A stretch of 64,000 nt of DNA from Truepera sp. (GCA_965218435.1 CBDCKW010000009.1:2304001-2368000), one strand, 5' to 3'. Shown: positions 39,710 through 50,767, numbered from the stretch's first letter. Notes: generated by a model not told the origin, from the letters alone. Made by a program: numbers and translations.

Positions 39710-40143
39710 AAGGCTCCTATCCCTGCGTCACTTGCCGGAACGCCGAGGGCTTCGGCGGCGCGGAGGAGGGGTTTATCGAGGGTATAGAGGATGAGCCCAC
39801 GGCGTTTGACGATAGCCAGGTGAAGCGCGTCGGGACCACGTAAGCCCAAGTTTGTTTGGGGTAGCAAAAGTCTCGTTGCTTCCTGAAAATCTTCACTTGC
39901 GGGCGTCAGCAGCCGATAAAACTTCGCGTCCTGCGAGAAACGGTTGAGCACCGACTTAGCTGTCTCTACTTGCATGTTGCCCATACGCACGTCCCGCGCC
40001 AAGAGACTAGCAAATTCAACCTCTGTCCAACCACTCACCGTGAGTGTTCCTGACGACGCGCGACCCAGAAAAGCTTCGACAGAGGGACTCGAGGATTCCG
40101 GAATATAATAAGGAGCCACGAAGCTCATATCGAGATAGCCTAT
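39706..40143 (-). CDS. VapC/PIN-domain toxin (ATA start, or an inactivated start)
   Basis: ATA GGC TAT CTC GAT ATG AGC = (I)GYLDMSF; TEVEFASLL, LRGPDALHLA, TLDKPL. Confidence 0.75.
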   Translation of the reverse strand: MGYLDMSFVAPYYIPESSSPSVEAFLGRASSGTLTVSGWTEVEFASLLARDVRMGNMQVETAKSVLNRFSQDAKFYRLLTPASEDFQEATRLLLPQTNLGLRGPDALHLAIVKRRGLILYTLDKPLLRAAEALGVPASDAGIGAL

Positions 40144-40376
40144 CAGTAGCGGGCCTCGTCACGCATTCGGCGCAACTCTTCGACGATACTCCCGCCAGTA
40201 CGACCTACGCTTTCTCTAAATTCAGACCTTGAAGGAAACGGCTTGTAAACCTTTTCCGTGGGCGACAACACCGCCACCGGCTTACCGCGCCGCGTAATCG
40301 TCACCTTTTCGCCCGCTTCAACCTGTTTGAGCAGCTCACTTAGTTTTGCCTTGGCCTCTGCCACGCTAACTTCCAC
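40143..40376 (-). CDS. Phd/YefM family antitoxin
   Basis: VSVAEAKAKLSELLKQVEAGEKVTITRRGKPVAVL; GGAGG SD before GTG 40376. Confidence 0.88.
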   Translation of the reverse strand: MEVSVAEAKAKLSELLKQVEAGEKVTITRRGKPVAVLSPTEKVYKPFPSRSEFRESVGRTGGSIVEELRRMRDEARY

Positions 40377-40567
40377 CCTGCACCTCCGAATCTTCATTGA
40401 TGGTCATGTTTGTAGTCATTTTAGCACGGGGGTCAGCGGACGCTTGCAAGCGTAACCGAACCCTGCGCCGCACCGCATAAACCCAAGCTTGCCGATGATG
40501 CCGGGGACGGGCCTCGAGCCTCCTCAAGCCCTGCACCGGCGAAGCGTGGCAGAGCTGCAACCTCTGC

Positions 40568-41782
40568 TCAGCGAACCCGTTCGCGCCCCAGCTTCTTGGG
40601 GTTGAGACGTCCAGCAAACACCTCCGCCAGCCGCGCAATCCCTGTGTCTATCTCTTCGGGCGTCGCCACCGAATAGCTGAGCCGTAAGGTGTTGAGTCCG
40701 CTGCCGTCGGTGTGAAAGGTCTCGCCGGGAACATACGCGACGTCCTCTTTAACGGCCTCGTAAGCAATTTCGGTGGCGTTGAGACCCTCGGGCAGCGTAC
40801 ACCAGAGAAACATTCCGCCCGCAGGCCGCGTCCAGCGGACACCCTCGGGCATGTACTTGTCCAGTGCTCTCAGCATCAGGTCGCGCTGGCTTTTGTAGTA
40901 GGCACGCACCTTGTCTACCTGCGCGTCCATAAAGCCGTCTTGGGTCACGTCAAAGGCGATCATCTGGGTAAAGGTGGCGGTGTGCAAGTCGGCGGCTTGT
41001 TTAGCTCGGGTCAATAAGGTCAGCACCTCGGGCGACGCGACCACCCACGCCAACCGAAACCCCGGTACCATAATTTTAGAAAACGTCCCGCAGTAGACGA
41101 CGCCCTCGGGCGCGAGCGCGTGGAGGTTCGGGAGTGCGTCCCCTTCAAAACGGAGTTCGCCGTAGGGGTTGTCTTCCAAAATCGGTACGCCGTAACGCGC
41201 GGCCAGCTCGAGCAAAAGCTTACGGCGCTCGAGCGACATGGTGACGCCCGTTGGGTTATCGAAGTTGGGGATGACGTAGAGCAGTTTGGGGCGCGTTTTT
41301 AGGGCGGCCCCCAACGCGTCCGGGAGCATCCCCTCGTCATCGGTCGGGACGCTGAGATAGTTTGGCTCATAAGCGTCGAAGGCGCGCAGTGCGCCCATAT
41401 AGGTCGGCGCAGCGACGACAACGGTGTCGCCGGGATCGAGAAAAAGCTTACCCAGCAGATCGAGCCCCTGCTGCGACCCGGAGACGATCTGCACGTTTTG
41501 CGCCGTTACGCCCTCAGCGCCGCCCGCCCCCAGCTGCGCCGCGACCCAGGTGCGGAGCGGCAGATACCCTTCGGTGGTCCCGTACTGCAAGGCTTCAGCG
41601 CCGCGCTCGGCTAACACCGCATCGGCGGCGCTGCGCAAACGCTCGGTCGGAAACAGGTGCGGAGCCGGAAGGCCCCCGGCAAACGAGATGACGGTGGAAC
41701 GCTGCGTCAGCTTCAAAATCTCGCGGATCGCCGAGGGTTTCATGTTACGCGTGCGGGTAGCAAAACTCTCCGACCAGTTCAC
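40568..41782 (-). CDS. PLP-dependent aminotransferase class I (LysN/MocR-like)
   Basis: SAIREILK, SFAGGLP, GSQQGLDL, NFDNPTG, EDNPY, GTFSKIMVPGFRL. Confidence 0.92.
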   Translation of the reverse strand: MNWSESFATRTRNMKPSAIREILKLTQRSTVISFAGGLPAPHLFPTERLRSAADAVLAERGAEALQYGTTEGYLPLRTWVAAQLGAGGAEGVTAQNVQIVSGSQQGLDLLGKLFLDPGDTVVVAAPTYMGALRAFDAYEPNYLSVPTDDEGMLPDALGAALKTRPKLLYVIPNFDNPTGVTMSLERRKLLLELAARYGVPILEDNPYGELRFEGDALPNLHALAPEGVVYCGTFSKIMVPGFRLAWVVASPEVLTLLTRAKQAADLHTATFTQMIAFDVTQDGFMDAQVDKVRAYYKSQRDLMLRALDKYMPEGVRWTRPAGGMFLWCTLPEGLNATEIAYEAVKEDVAYVPGETFHTDGSGLNTLRLSYSVATPEEIDTGIARLAEVFAGRLNPKKLGRERVR

Positions 41783-41815
41783 CTTACACCTCCAAAGGTA
41801 CTTACTAAAATAGCA

Positions 41816-42357
41816 TCAGCCCTGCCATTCACTTTTGAGCAGGCTGTAAACGAGGTAGTCCACCAAGCCCTCTCGAGTGTAGCCCAGCTGCCGCAGCTTG
41901 CCCTCGAGCGTAAAACCCAGCCGTTCAGGAATTTTACGGCTTCGACGTTCGTTTCAGCGCGGCGTATCTCGACGCGGTTGAGGCTTAGTTCTGCAAGAAG
42001 ATAGCCGCATAGGTGGTGACAAGCCCTCGTCATCACGCCGCGCCCCTCAAATTTCGCGCCGAGCCAGTAGCCGATTTCGGTACAGCGAAACTCTCTAAAA
42101 ATGTAATTGAGCCCGATAACGCCGACTAGCTCACCGTCCGCCCAGATGCCCAGTTGAAACCCGTTGCCTTTGGCGAACTTCTCGAGCCCGCTGTGGATAT
42201 AGGCTTCGATATCTTTGACGGTTTTTGTTCTGTCAACAAACGACATCCAAGCGCCAAGAGAGTCACGGTTTTAATCAACCAGGCTAAATAACGCTTCGGC
42301 GTGGCGCGGCTCAAAAATACGAAGGACTAAACCTTCTTCAACAACTGCCTCAAACAT
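41816..42357 (-). pseudogene. RimJ/RimL GNAT pseudogene (TAA at 42271-42273 plus a frameshift near 41945)
   Basis: MFEAVVEEGLVLRIFEPRHAEALFSLVD*NRDSLGAWMSF..EIGYWL..ETN / RSRKIPERLGFTLEGKLRQ..LLKSEWQG. Confidence 0.85.
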
Positions 42358-42903
42358 CTAGCGCCCTTTCCACTCCTCTTTCAGCAGCCCGTACACCACC
42401 CAATCGCTCCAGCCAGACTCGAGCCTGTCCATCCGCCGGAGCACCCCTTCTTGCTTGAAGCCGAGGCGTTCAGGAACAGCGCGGCTCCGCAGGTTTTGCG
42501 GGGCGCAGCGAATCTCGGCGCGGCCTAAACCGAGTTCACCGAAACAGTAGTCGCACAGTCCTTTTACGGTGCGTGTCGCAAGCCCCTGACCCTGCGCGTC
42601 TTCTGCCAGCCAGTAGCCGAATTCGGTACGTTCGGTGTCCCAGCGGATATAGTGCAAGCCGGTCATCCCGACGAGTTCACCGCGCACGAAGATACCAGCC
42701 TGAAAGCCGTCGTGACGGGTGAACTGCTCGAGCCCCAGTTTGATAAAAGCCTCGGTTTGCGACACCGCGTGCAGTTTGGCGACCCACGGCATAAAAGGGC
42801 GCAGATGCTCACGGTTTGCCACCGTCAGGTCAAAGAGCAGCTGCGCGTGGTGGTGTTCTAAGAGGCGCAGCTCGAGGTCGTCGTCAAGCGTCAGGGCGAA
42901 CAT
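42358..42903 (-). CDS. RimJ/RimL family GNAT acetyltransferase
   Basis: NREHLRPFMPW, EFGYWL..QGQGL, NLRSRAVPERLGF.QEG. Confidence 0.9.
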   Translation of the reverse strand: MFALTLDDDLELRLLEHHHAQLLFDLTVANREHLRPFMPWVAKLHAVSQTEAFIKLGLEQFTRHDGFQAGIFVRGELVGMTGLHYIRWDTERTEFGYWLAEDAQGQGLATRTVKGLCDYCFGELGLGRAEIRCAPQNLRSRAVPERLGFKQEGVLRRMDRLESGWSDWVVYGLLKEEWKGR

Positions 42904-43303
42904 CTTGCTCCCAGGTCTCGAGGCGCAAGCCTTCGATACGTTCAAAGTGTCTGAGGTTGCGGGTTACTAAAACTGCGTCGTTGGCGGTAGCAATGGCAGC
43001 CATAAAAATATCGGCGTCTTCAAGAAATGCACCATCAGCACGGAGGGTTTGGTAAGTACTGACAGCTATGTCTAAAACTTCTGTGTCCATCGGTAGCGAC
43101 TTATAACGAGTTAAAAACGCCTCAAACTGTCGTAGCCGCCGCGCGAAACGTGGCAGCACAAGACCTCTTTTCAACTCATAGTAGCTAACAGCGTTTAAGG
43201 TTAGTGTGTGCCTTTCAGAGAGTGCCTTTTCAAACCGTTCGCCGACTCCTCCGCGTCCCAAGAACAGAGCAGTGAGGGCGTTTATATCAAGAGTGTAGGT
43301 CAC
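42884..43303 (-). CDS. VapC/PIN-domain toxin
   Basis: YTLDIN, YYELKRG, EDADIFMAAIA, LVTRNLRHF.RIEGLRLE.W. Confidence 0.88.
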   Translation of the reverse strand: MTYTLDINALTALFLGRGGVGERFEKALSERHTLTLNAVSYYELKRGLVLPRFARRLRQFEAFLTRYKSLPMDTEVLDIAVSTYQTLRADGAFLEDADIFMAAIATANDAVLVTRNLRHFERIEGLRLETWEQDVRPDA

Positions 43304-43533
43304 GGCTCTAGGTCAAGCTCACGTGCTCCAAAAAAAGGCCGCCGCTTGGTCGCCTCCTCAAACGCAGCCACGTCCTCGGGTTCAGTGATAACACCGACAA
43401 TTCCGCGCAAAGCCTCGAGCTGCCGCTTGATTCGCGCCTGAGTTGCACGACTTTGAAGGTCTTTTTCGATTTCTAGAAGCTCAGCTTCGTCAAGCTCTCC
43501 CAACTGTTCAATCACACGTTCTTTTACAGTCAT
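43300..43533 (-). CDS. Probable antitoxin upstream of VapC
   Basis: 77 aa, acidic, GTGA overlap with the toxin start, AGGAG SD. Confidence 0.7.
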   Translation of the reverse strand: MTVKERVIEQLGELDEAELLEIEKDLQSRATQARIKRQLEALRGIVGVITEPEDVAAFEEATKRRPFFGARELDLEP

Positions 43534-43546
43534 TTACCGCACTCCT

Positions 43547-44536
43547 CTAAGCCAAAGGTTGCCGGTACAAAGCCGCGTAACGCCCGGTGACGTAGTGCTC
43601 CAACTGCCGCTCAATATCCCCCAGCAAACTGCTCGCCCCAAACCTGAAAAGTTCGGGCTCCAACCACGGTCGCCCCAGCTCTTCTTTCATGAGCGTAAGC
43701 CACAGAAGCGCCTCTTTTGCCGTTTTGATCCCGCCCGCAGGCTTAAAGCCGATGTAAAACCCGGTGCGCTCAACATACTCGCGCAGCGCCCGCACCATGA
43801 CCAAACTGACCGTCGGCGTCGCATTTTCGGCTTCTTTCCCGGTTGAGGTTTTGATAAAGTCGGCTCCGGCCATCATCGCCACTAAAGAGGCTTTGTAGAC
43901 GTTTCTGAGTGTGCCAAGTTCGCCGGTCGCCAAAATCGCTTTAAGGTGCGCGTCGCCGCAGGTGTCACGAAAGAGTCTTACTTCGTCGTAAAGGGCTGCC
44001 CAATTGCTGGTCAAGACGTGCTCGCGGGTAATCACGATGTCAATCTCGGCGGCACCTTCAGAGACGGCGTAGCGGATTTCATCTAAGCGTTGCGGCAAGG
44101 GCGTCAGGCCCGCCGGGAAACCGGTCGCCACCGACGCGACCGGGATATTTGAACCCTCCAAGGCCCGCACCGCGTAGGGCACCATCGTCGGATAGACGCA
44201 GACCGCGCCGACAGTTAGCCCAGCGTCTGCCATGCCCAGAGCTGCCAAAATGTCTTGCCGCACGGGTTGTTTGGCCTTCGCACAGAGCCGCTCCACGCGG
44301 CCACGAGTGTCGTCTCCGGCGAGGGTGGTGAGGTCAATACAGCTTACGGCTTTTAAGAGCCACGCGGCCTGAAACGCCTTTTTAACCGTCCGCCGCCCCG
44401 GAAGGGTACTTGCACGGCGCTCGGCGGCGCTGCGGTTGACCTGTACGCTTTCCAACCAGCCCAGCTCGAGCCCCATCCCTAAGTTGCGCGGGTGCTGAAC
44501 AGTTTCAGCTTCTCTAATGTCTAATTGAACCGCCAC
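43547..44536 (-). CDS. deoC: Deoxyribose-phosphate aldolase
   Basis: IDLTTLAGDDT, AVCVYP, SVATGFPAG, EIDIVI, DFIKTSTGKE, GFKPAGG, RFGASSLL. Confidence 0.96.
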   Translation of the reverse strand: MAVQLDIREAETVQHPRNLGMGLELGWLESVQVNRSAAERRASTLPGRRTVKKAFQAAWLLKAVSCIDLTTLAGDDTRGRVERLCAKAKQPVRQDILAALGMADAGLTVGAVCVYPTMVPYAVRALEGSNIPVASVATGFPAGLTPLPQRLDEIRYAVSEGAAEIDIVITREHVLTSNWAALYDEVRLFRDTCGDAHLKAILATGELGTLRNVYKASLVAMMAGADFIKTSTGKEAENATPTVSLVMVRALREYVERTGFYIGFKPAGGIKTAKEALLWLTLMKEELGRPWLEPELFRFGASSLLGDIERQLEHYVTGRYAALYRQPLA

Positions 44537-44632
44537 GATGGTCTCCTCTATGTCTCTTCGAGTGCTCGAAAGCCTTAACGCTCCTGATTTGACCTACAGT
44601 CTAGCGCAGCCGGGGCGCGCTAATCTAAGGGG

Positions 44633-44938
44633 ATGCGTCACCTCGTCCGCACCCCGCACGGCGTCTGCGTCGTCAACTTAGACCGTGAAAGTCTGGACTT
44701 GGGGGAGCGCGGCGGCTTCGAGGCGCACTGGGCTGAAGCTAAAGAGCTAGAAGCCGACGAAGTTCTGGGGGAAGACGCGTACCGCAAAGTTGTCAAAGCT
44801 TATCTTGCAAAAATCTACCTCGAGCAGCACGGTAAGGACCCGGGTAACGTCACGCTCAACCTGGCGAGCCATCAGCTGCTCGACGACCTGAACGGCTGGA
44901 CGAAACTCAACTGGCGTCCAAACCGCCAGCCGTTTTAG
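44633..44938 (+). CDS. Hypothetical protein (101 aa)
   Basis: Host-like codon usage; TAATCT 6 nt before the ATG. Confidence 0.65.
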   Translation: MRHLVRTPHGVCVVNLDRESLDLGERGGFEAHWAEAKELEADEVLGEDAYRKVVKAYLAKIYLEQHGKDPGNVTLNLASHQLLDDLNGWTKLNWRPNRQPF

Positions 44939-45468
44939 CTGCCTGTGGTTCCGCTATTTGTTAGGGGCACGACCTTTTAACTTTAGACCTTTTAAGACGC
45001 GGTGTCCAGCGGTTAAAAGCTGTGTCTCTTGGCCTAAAAACCCTCGCGGCAAGACTCCCGGCTCCGGTCTACACTGCTTAAGTGAAGGAGGTGGAGGTAT
45101 CCAAAAGTCCACACTTCAAGGCTGCGGCTTCTAGCGCCACTCTAGGCTCGAGCGTGTATCCTTTACCCATATAGGTAGCTTCAGAGGGGAACCGACAGAG
45201 CAACATAAGGCCGAAGAAGCGCGCAGCTTATCTTATGCACGCGTGGTGACCTGAGCTGGTAGAAGATATTGACCCACCTGACAGCGTAGGTATAGCTAAA
45301 AAACAGCCGAGCTGTCTCGAGCTTTATGGTGTCTTAGACAAACGAGACGCTGTTTGCTGAGTTTTCTAACCAACGAGAGACACGTCTATATTTTTTGTAA
45401 GCCGACGCTTTCTGGATTATTCCTTACAAGTAGAACACTGTGACTTTCCTGGCTGGTTCTAAAACCGG

Positions 45469-46371
45469 TCATGAGCGGGACGCCCCCGGCGACGCCCGAA
45501 CGACGATAGCCCGCTCCTGTGTATCACGAACGGCGCGGCAGAGCGCCGCACCGAAAAAAAAGAGCTGCGCCGAATAGTAGACCCACAGCAAAAAAACGAC
45601 TAAAGAACCTGCCGCGCCGTAGGCGCTACTTAACGCACTTTCGGCGATATAAGTCCCTAGAAGCCAGCGGCCCACCGTAAATAAAAAGGCCGTAAAGAGC
45701 GCGCCGAACCAGGTGTCGCGCCAGCGCACGCGGGTCGCGGGCAGATATTTGTAGAGCAGCACCAAAAAAAGAAACAGCAGGATAAAACCGGAGAGCGTCT
45801 CGAGCCACCCCAGCAGCACGACCGGGACCTGATGGTCTTGCAGGTACGCGCGGCTCGCGGCGATATAGGTGCGCAGGCTCAGACTACCGACGACGAGGAC
45901 ACCGCTACCCAGTACCAGACCGACCGAAATAAGCCGATTTTTAAGAAATGTCAGGATGCCTTCACGCCTGCTTGCGGGCGCTCTGACGCCCCAGATGATG
46001 TTCATCGCCGCGCGCAGCTCAACTAGGACCAGCGACGCACCGAACAGTAAGACACCTAGCCCCACCGCCGAGGTGATAATCCCGGTACTCGTTTGATAGG
46101 CCCGAAACGCATTTTTGAAAAGGCTCCGCAACACGCCGACGACCTGGTCACTCTCCGGCCCGAGCGCCCGCGTGACCTGTTCTAAAATACCCTGCTGCAC
46201 CTCGGCGCGGCTTAAAAACAGGCTCGTGACCCCGACCGCGACGATTAAGAGAGGTGCCAAGGACAAGACCGTGTAAAACGCCAACGCCGCACCTAACCGA
46301 GGGGCGCTGTGAAGTTGCCAGAGCAGCCCCGCCTTGCCAAAAATCCGAACGATTCGCCTGCGCCTCGCCAC
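45469..46371 (-). CDS. YihY/BrkB family membrane protein
   Basis: GAALAFYTVLSLAPLL, LYKYLP, YGAAGSLVVFLLWVYYSAQ. Confidence 0.9.
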   Translation of the reverse strand: MARRRRIVRIFGKAGLLWQLHSAPRLGAALAFYTVLSLAPLLIVAVGVTSLFLSRAEVQQGILEQVTRALGPESDQVVGVLRSLFKNAFRAYQTSTGIITSAVGLGVLLFGASLVLVELRAAMNIIWGVRAPASRREGILTFLKNRLISVGLVLGSGVLVVGSLSLRTYIAASRAYLQDHQVPVVLLGWLETLSGFILLFLFLVLLYKYLPATRVRWRDTWFGALFTAFLFTVGRWLLGTYIAESALSSAYGAAGSLVVFLLWVYYSAQLFFFGAALCRAVRDTQERAIVVRASPGASRS

Positions 46372-46592
46372 GTCGCTATTTTATCGCCCTCGGAGAACCC
46401 CTACACCGTGTTAGGCACAGGTTATTTAGTCTGGGTTCTGTTGACGTTCTAACTTTAGCTAGCAGCGTTTCAGCGTGGACGGCAGGCGAAGTGAGAAGTC
46501 AGCATAAAGAATTTAGAAGTTGCTGGCTCAGTCAAAGAAGTAGCGTCTCTCACGCATTGAAGTGACCCTAAGGCACCGATAGCAACACGGCT

Positions 46593-47336
46593 TTAATAAA
46601 CCCCTTTGGTCAGGCCACCGTCAACGAGGAGTGTCTGCCCGGTGATATACGCGGCTCCTGCCGACGCTAGAAACACCGCGGCGGCGGCAACTTCTTCCGG
46701 CGTCGCAAAACGGCCTAGCGGGATGTCTGCCTCGAGCCCCCGCCGCGCTTCGCCGCCGAACAGCTCCTCTGTTCTCGCCGTCGCGGTGTAGCCGGGGGCC
46801 ACATTGTTGACCGTCACGCCGTCCTTACCGACCTCGCCCGCGAGCGTTTTAGCGTAACCGGTCACAGCGGCGCGAAACGCGTTCGAGAGCGTGAGGGTCG
46901 GAACCGGTTCACGGACCGACAAGCTCGTCACGTTGATGATGCGGCCCCAACCCTGTTCGCGCATCGCCGGGAGCGCGTGCTGCACGAGCCGCACGACCGA
47001 CATCAGGGTCAGGTTGTACGCGTCGTCCCAACCGGACAACCCGAGCTGCGTCGGCGTGCCGGACGGTGGCCCCCCGGCGTTCGTAATGAGAATATCAGGT
47101 GCGCCCACCGCCGCGCGCACCTCACCAAAGAGGCGCTCGAGGTCACTCTCAGACGAGACATCAGCGACGAACCCGGTGCCGCCGACCGCAGCCGCGGCCT
47201 CTTTAACCTCTACTGCGGTGCGGGCACAGAGCGCCACCTTGACCCCTTCCGCAGCGAGACCCTCGGCGATAGCGAAGCCGATACCCTTTGAGCCAGCCGT
47301 GACCAGGGCCACCTTACCGTCTAATTGGAGATCCAT
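46593..47336 (-). CDS. SDR family oxidoreductase
   Basis: ALVTAGSKGIG, NAGGPP, LSNAFR, VNNVAPG, YITGQ..VDGG. Confidence 0.92.
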   Translation of the reverse strand: MDLQLDGKVALVTAGSKGIGFAIAEGLAAEGVKVALCARTAVEVKEAAAAVGGTGFVADVSSESDLERLFGEVRAAVGAPDILITNAGGPPSGTPTQLGLSGWDDAYNLTLMSVVRLVQHALPAMREQGWGRIINVTSLSVREPVPTLTLSNAFRAAVTGYAKTLAGEVGKDGVTVNNVAPGYTATARTEELFGGEARRGLEADIPLGRFATPEEVAAAAVFLASAGAAYITGQTLLVDGGLTKGVY

Positions 47337-47353
47337 CTGCCGAGTATACCCAC

Positions 47354-48409
<1,056 letters not shown>

Positions 48410-48827
48410 TTAGCTCAGCATACCGGCAAGGCGTTGCGAAGATGTACGCTGAGACGCGGCTTTCCCAGCAGGCTAGGCGCAAGCCTCGAGGCAACCTCAG
48501 AGACGAATGACCGCGTTGTTCCAGACCCGTTTCACGCTGTTCAAGCTCTATAACTGTCAAGCGCTGACACGGTTTGCTAGGCCAGAGTCGGTTGTAAAAG
48601 TGCACGGCTTGTAGCGTAGCTATTTTCACTTTTCCCACTTGCGAGCGGGGTGCTAAAGCTGCCACCGCGAGCTAAAGACTGGCGGCGTAGCACGTCAGAG
48701 ACGGCATTTATTACAACGAGTGAACCAGCGTACACAGCGTTTGACCCTCGTCACGCGTTGCTGGTCAGCGCAGCTAAGAATGGTGTTCATCACATCATCT
48801 TCATAGGCCGCCGCTAGACTAAGGACG

Positions 48828-50333
48828 ATGAAGCTCAAGTGCTGTTTTTTGTTCGTCTTGCTGCCCGCGCTGAGCGCCTGCGGCATCCTGGGGGGCGGGG
48901 CCGCTACGCTCTCAGAAAAGTGCTACACCGACCCTCAGCCCACGCCGTCAGCGCAACTCGCCTTGGGCGGTCTGCAAGCGGGTGCAGAGACAAGTTATGT
49001 GCCCGGCAGACTGCTGGTCTCATACCGTGGAGCAGCCGAACTGCACAGTACTAAACAGAGCAGCGCCGAGCAGCAAGGGGATAAGGCGAGCTTGTCCGTT
49101 CAAGAGCTCAAGGTGACGGCCCACAAGGTTCGTCAAAGCTATGACCTGCGCCTTTTGGGGTCGTTAGGGTCTGATGAGGCGGGCAGGAGGGTCGCTGAAC
49201 TCGTCCGCACACCCGCTGGTACCGACCTACAAAAACTCGCTGCAGAGCTTCGCCGCGACCCGCGCGTCGCCTACGCCGAACCCGACTATTACCTCTACCC
49301 GCTCGGTTTGCCCTCGAGCTTGCCAACCATAGCAGCTGCTGGCATCTTACCCAACGACCCGCTCGTGCCAGAACAGTGGCATCTCACGAAATTCGGTTTA
49401 CCCGAAGCGTGGCGGCTCGAGACCGGCCAGAGCAGCGTCGTCTTAGCCGTGCTCGACAGCGGCGTTGACCTCAACCACGAGGACCTTCAAGGGCGTGCGC
49501 TCCCCGGTTGTGACGTCTATAACGAGGATAATGACCCGAACCCCGGCGTACCCTCGCAAATCAGCACCAATCAGCAGCACGGAACTCACGTTGCAGGTAT
49601 CGCGCTAGCAGACGGCAATAACGGTAAGGGCGTCGCGGGCGTCGCCTATACCGGCGTCAGACTTTTGCCGGTTAAGGTGTTTGACGATAACGGCGGCGAC
49701 TCGCAGAAAACTTCGGTGAGCGTCGTCGTTAAGGCGATTCGCTGGGCTGCCGGACTGAACGTCGAAGGGATGAACCGCAATACCAACAAGGCCAACATTA
49801 TCAACTTGAGCCTTGGTGTCAAGGGGCAGATTGACAGCCTCAACCAAGCGGTGCAAGACGCACGTAACGCCGGGGTGCTCGTCGTGGCGGCAGCGGGAAA
49901 TAGCTACAGTACCGACTCTATCTTTACGCCTGCAAACGCGCCGGGTGCGCTCGCCGTCGGTTCCGTTGACGAGAACTACGAACGTTCGGACTATTCGGCC
50001 TATAGCAAGTCGGGCCGCACTGTAGACCTGATGGCCCCCGGCGGCGTGGGTCAAAGCTACTGCGGAGGTGTTTTGAGCACGCTTTCACCCCCCTATGCAG
50101 GCGCGCCTGAAAACAACTACGGTTGCGAAGAGGGAACTTCGATGGCGTCACCTTTTGTCGCGGGCGTCGCCGCCCTTATCTGGAGCCAAAACTCCGGTTT
50201 GAGCGCCGACGAGGTCAAGGCAAAACTTTTGGCCTCAACCGAGTACACGGCTGCAATGAATCCGGCTGAGTACGGCGCGGGCGTCGTCTGCGCGGATAGA
50301 GCCTTAGGTGCGGCGACGCTCTGCGGCAAGTAG
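48828..50333 (+). CDS. S8 subtilisin-like serine protease lipoprotein
   Basis: Lipobox LSAC; catalytic triad motifs VLDSG, HGTHVAG, GTSMASP. Confidence 0.93.
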   Translation: MKLKCCFLFVLLPALSACGILGGGAATLSEKCYTDPQPTPSAQLALGGLQAGAETSYVPGRLLVSYRGAAELHSTKQSSAEQQGDKASLSVQELKVTAHKVRQSYDLRLLGSLGSDEAGRRVAELVRTPAGTDLQKLAAELRRDPRVAYAEPDYYLYPLGLPSSLPTIAAAGILPNDPLVPEQWHLTKFGLPEAWRLETGQSSVVLAVLDSGVDLNHEDLQGRALPGCDVYNEDNDPNPGVPSQISTNQQHGTHVAGIALADGNNGKGVAGVAYTGVRLLPVKVFDDNGGDSQKTSVSVVVKAIRWAAGLNVEGMNRNTNKANIINLSLGVKGQIDSLNQAVQDARNAGVLVVAAAGNSYSTDSIFTPANAPGALAVGSVDENYERSDYSAYSKSGRTVDLMAPGGVGQSYCGGVLSTLSPPYAGAPENNYGCEEGTSMASPFVAGVAALIWSQNSGLSADEVKAKLLASTEYTAAMNPAEYGAGVVCADRALGAATLCGK

Positions 50334-50341
50334 GTCAGACG

Positions 50342-50764
50342 TTATTTGAGCAAATGCAAGTAGTCGCCCATATGTCCGACTACGCTCTGCGCTTCTTTAA
50401 CGCTCAACCAGCGGTAAGCGAAGACCGTTCCCTTGTCGAGTTCCCCATCAGTGACGGTGTGGTTCCAAACGTCCGGGACTGCGCCGTCTACGCAGAGCTG
50501 ATAAAAGTAACGGTCGAAGTTGACCTTACCGAAGTGGCCGCGCCAAGTGTCTCGAGCCAAAAAGCGCACTTCAGAAAAAGCCGTAAATCCCGATTCCTCA
50601 ACCGCCTCGCATAAAGGTCCAACCTCGGGCGTCTCATCCGGTTCTATGGTTCCGCCAGCAACCTGAGTCCCGAGCGTCATGGTCTCATCAGGATGACGGA
50701 ATACAGCGACTTGTAGCTGAGCGTCCTTTACGCGGGTGAGGTAGAGATAAGCGCGGCGGTGCAA
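50342..50764 (-). CDS. NUDIX-domain protein (degenerate Nudix box)
   Basis: GGTIEPDETPEVGPLCEAVEESG; the canonical RE is replaced by CE. Confidence 0.7.
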   Translation of the reverse strand: MHRRAYLYLTRVKDAQLQVAVFRHPDETMTLGTQVAGGTIEPDETPEVGPLCEAVEESGFTAFSEVRFLARDTWRGHFGKVNFDRYFYQLCVDGAVPDVWNHTVTDGELDKGTVFAYRWLSVKEAQSVVGHMGDYLHLLK

Positions 50765-50767
50765 AGG

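Noticed and set aside
46486..46525. AGAAGT-like heptamer periodicity (similar text at about 60110-60145)
   Set aside because: Too degenerate and short to distinguish from chance by eye.
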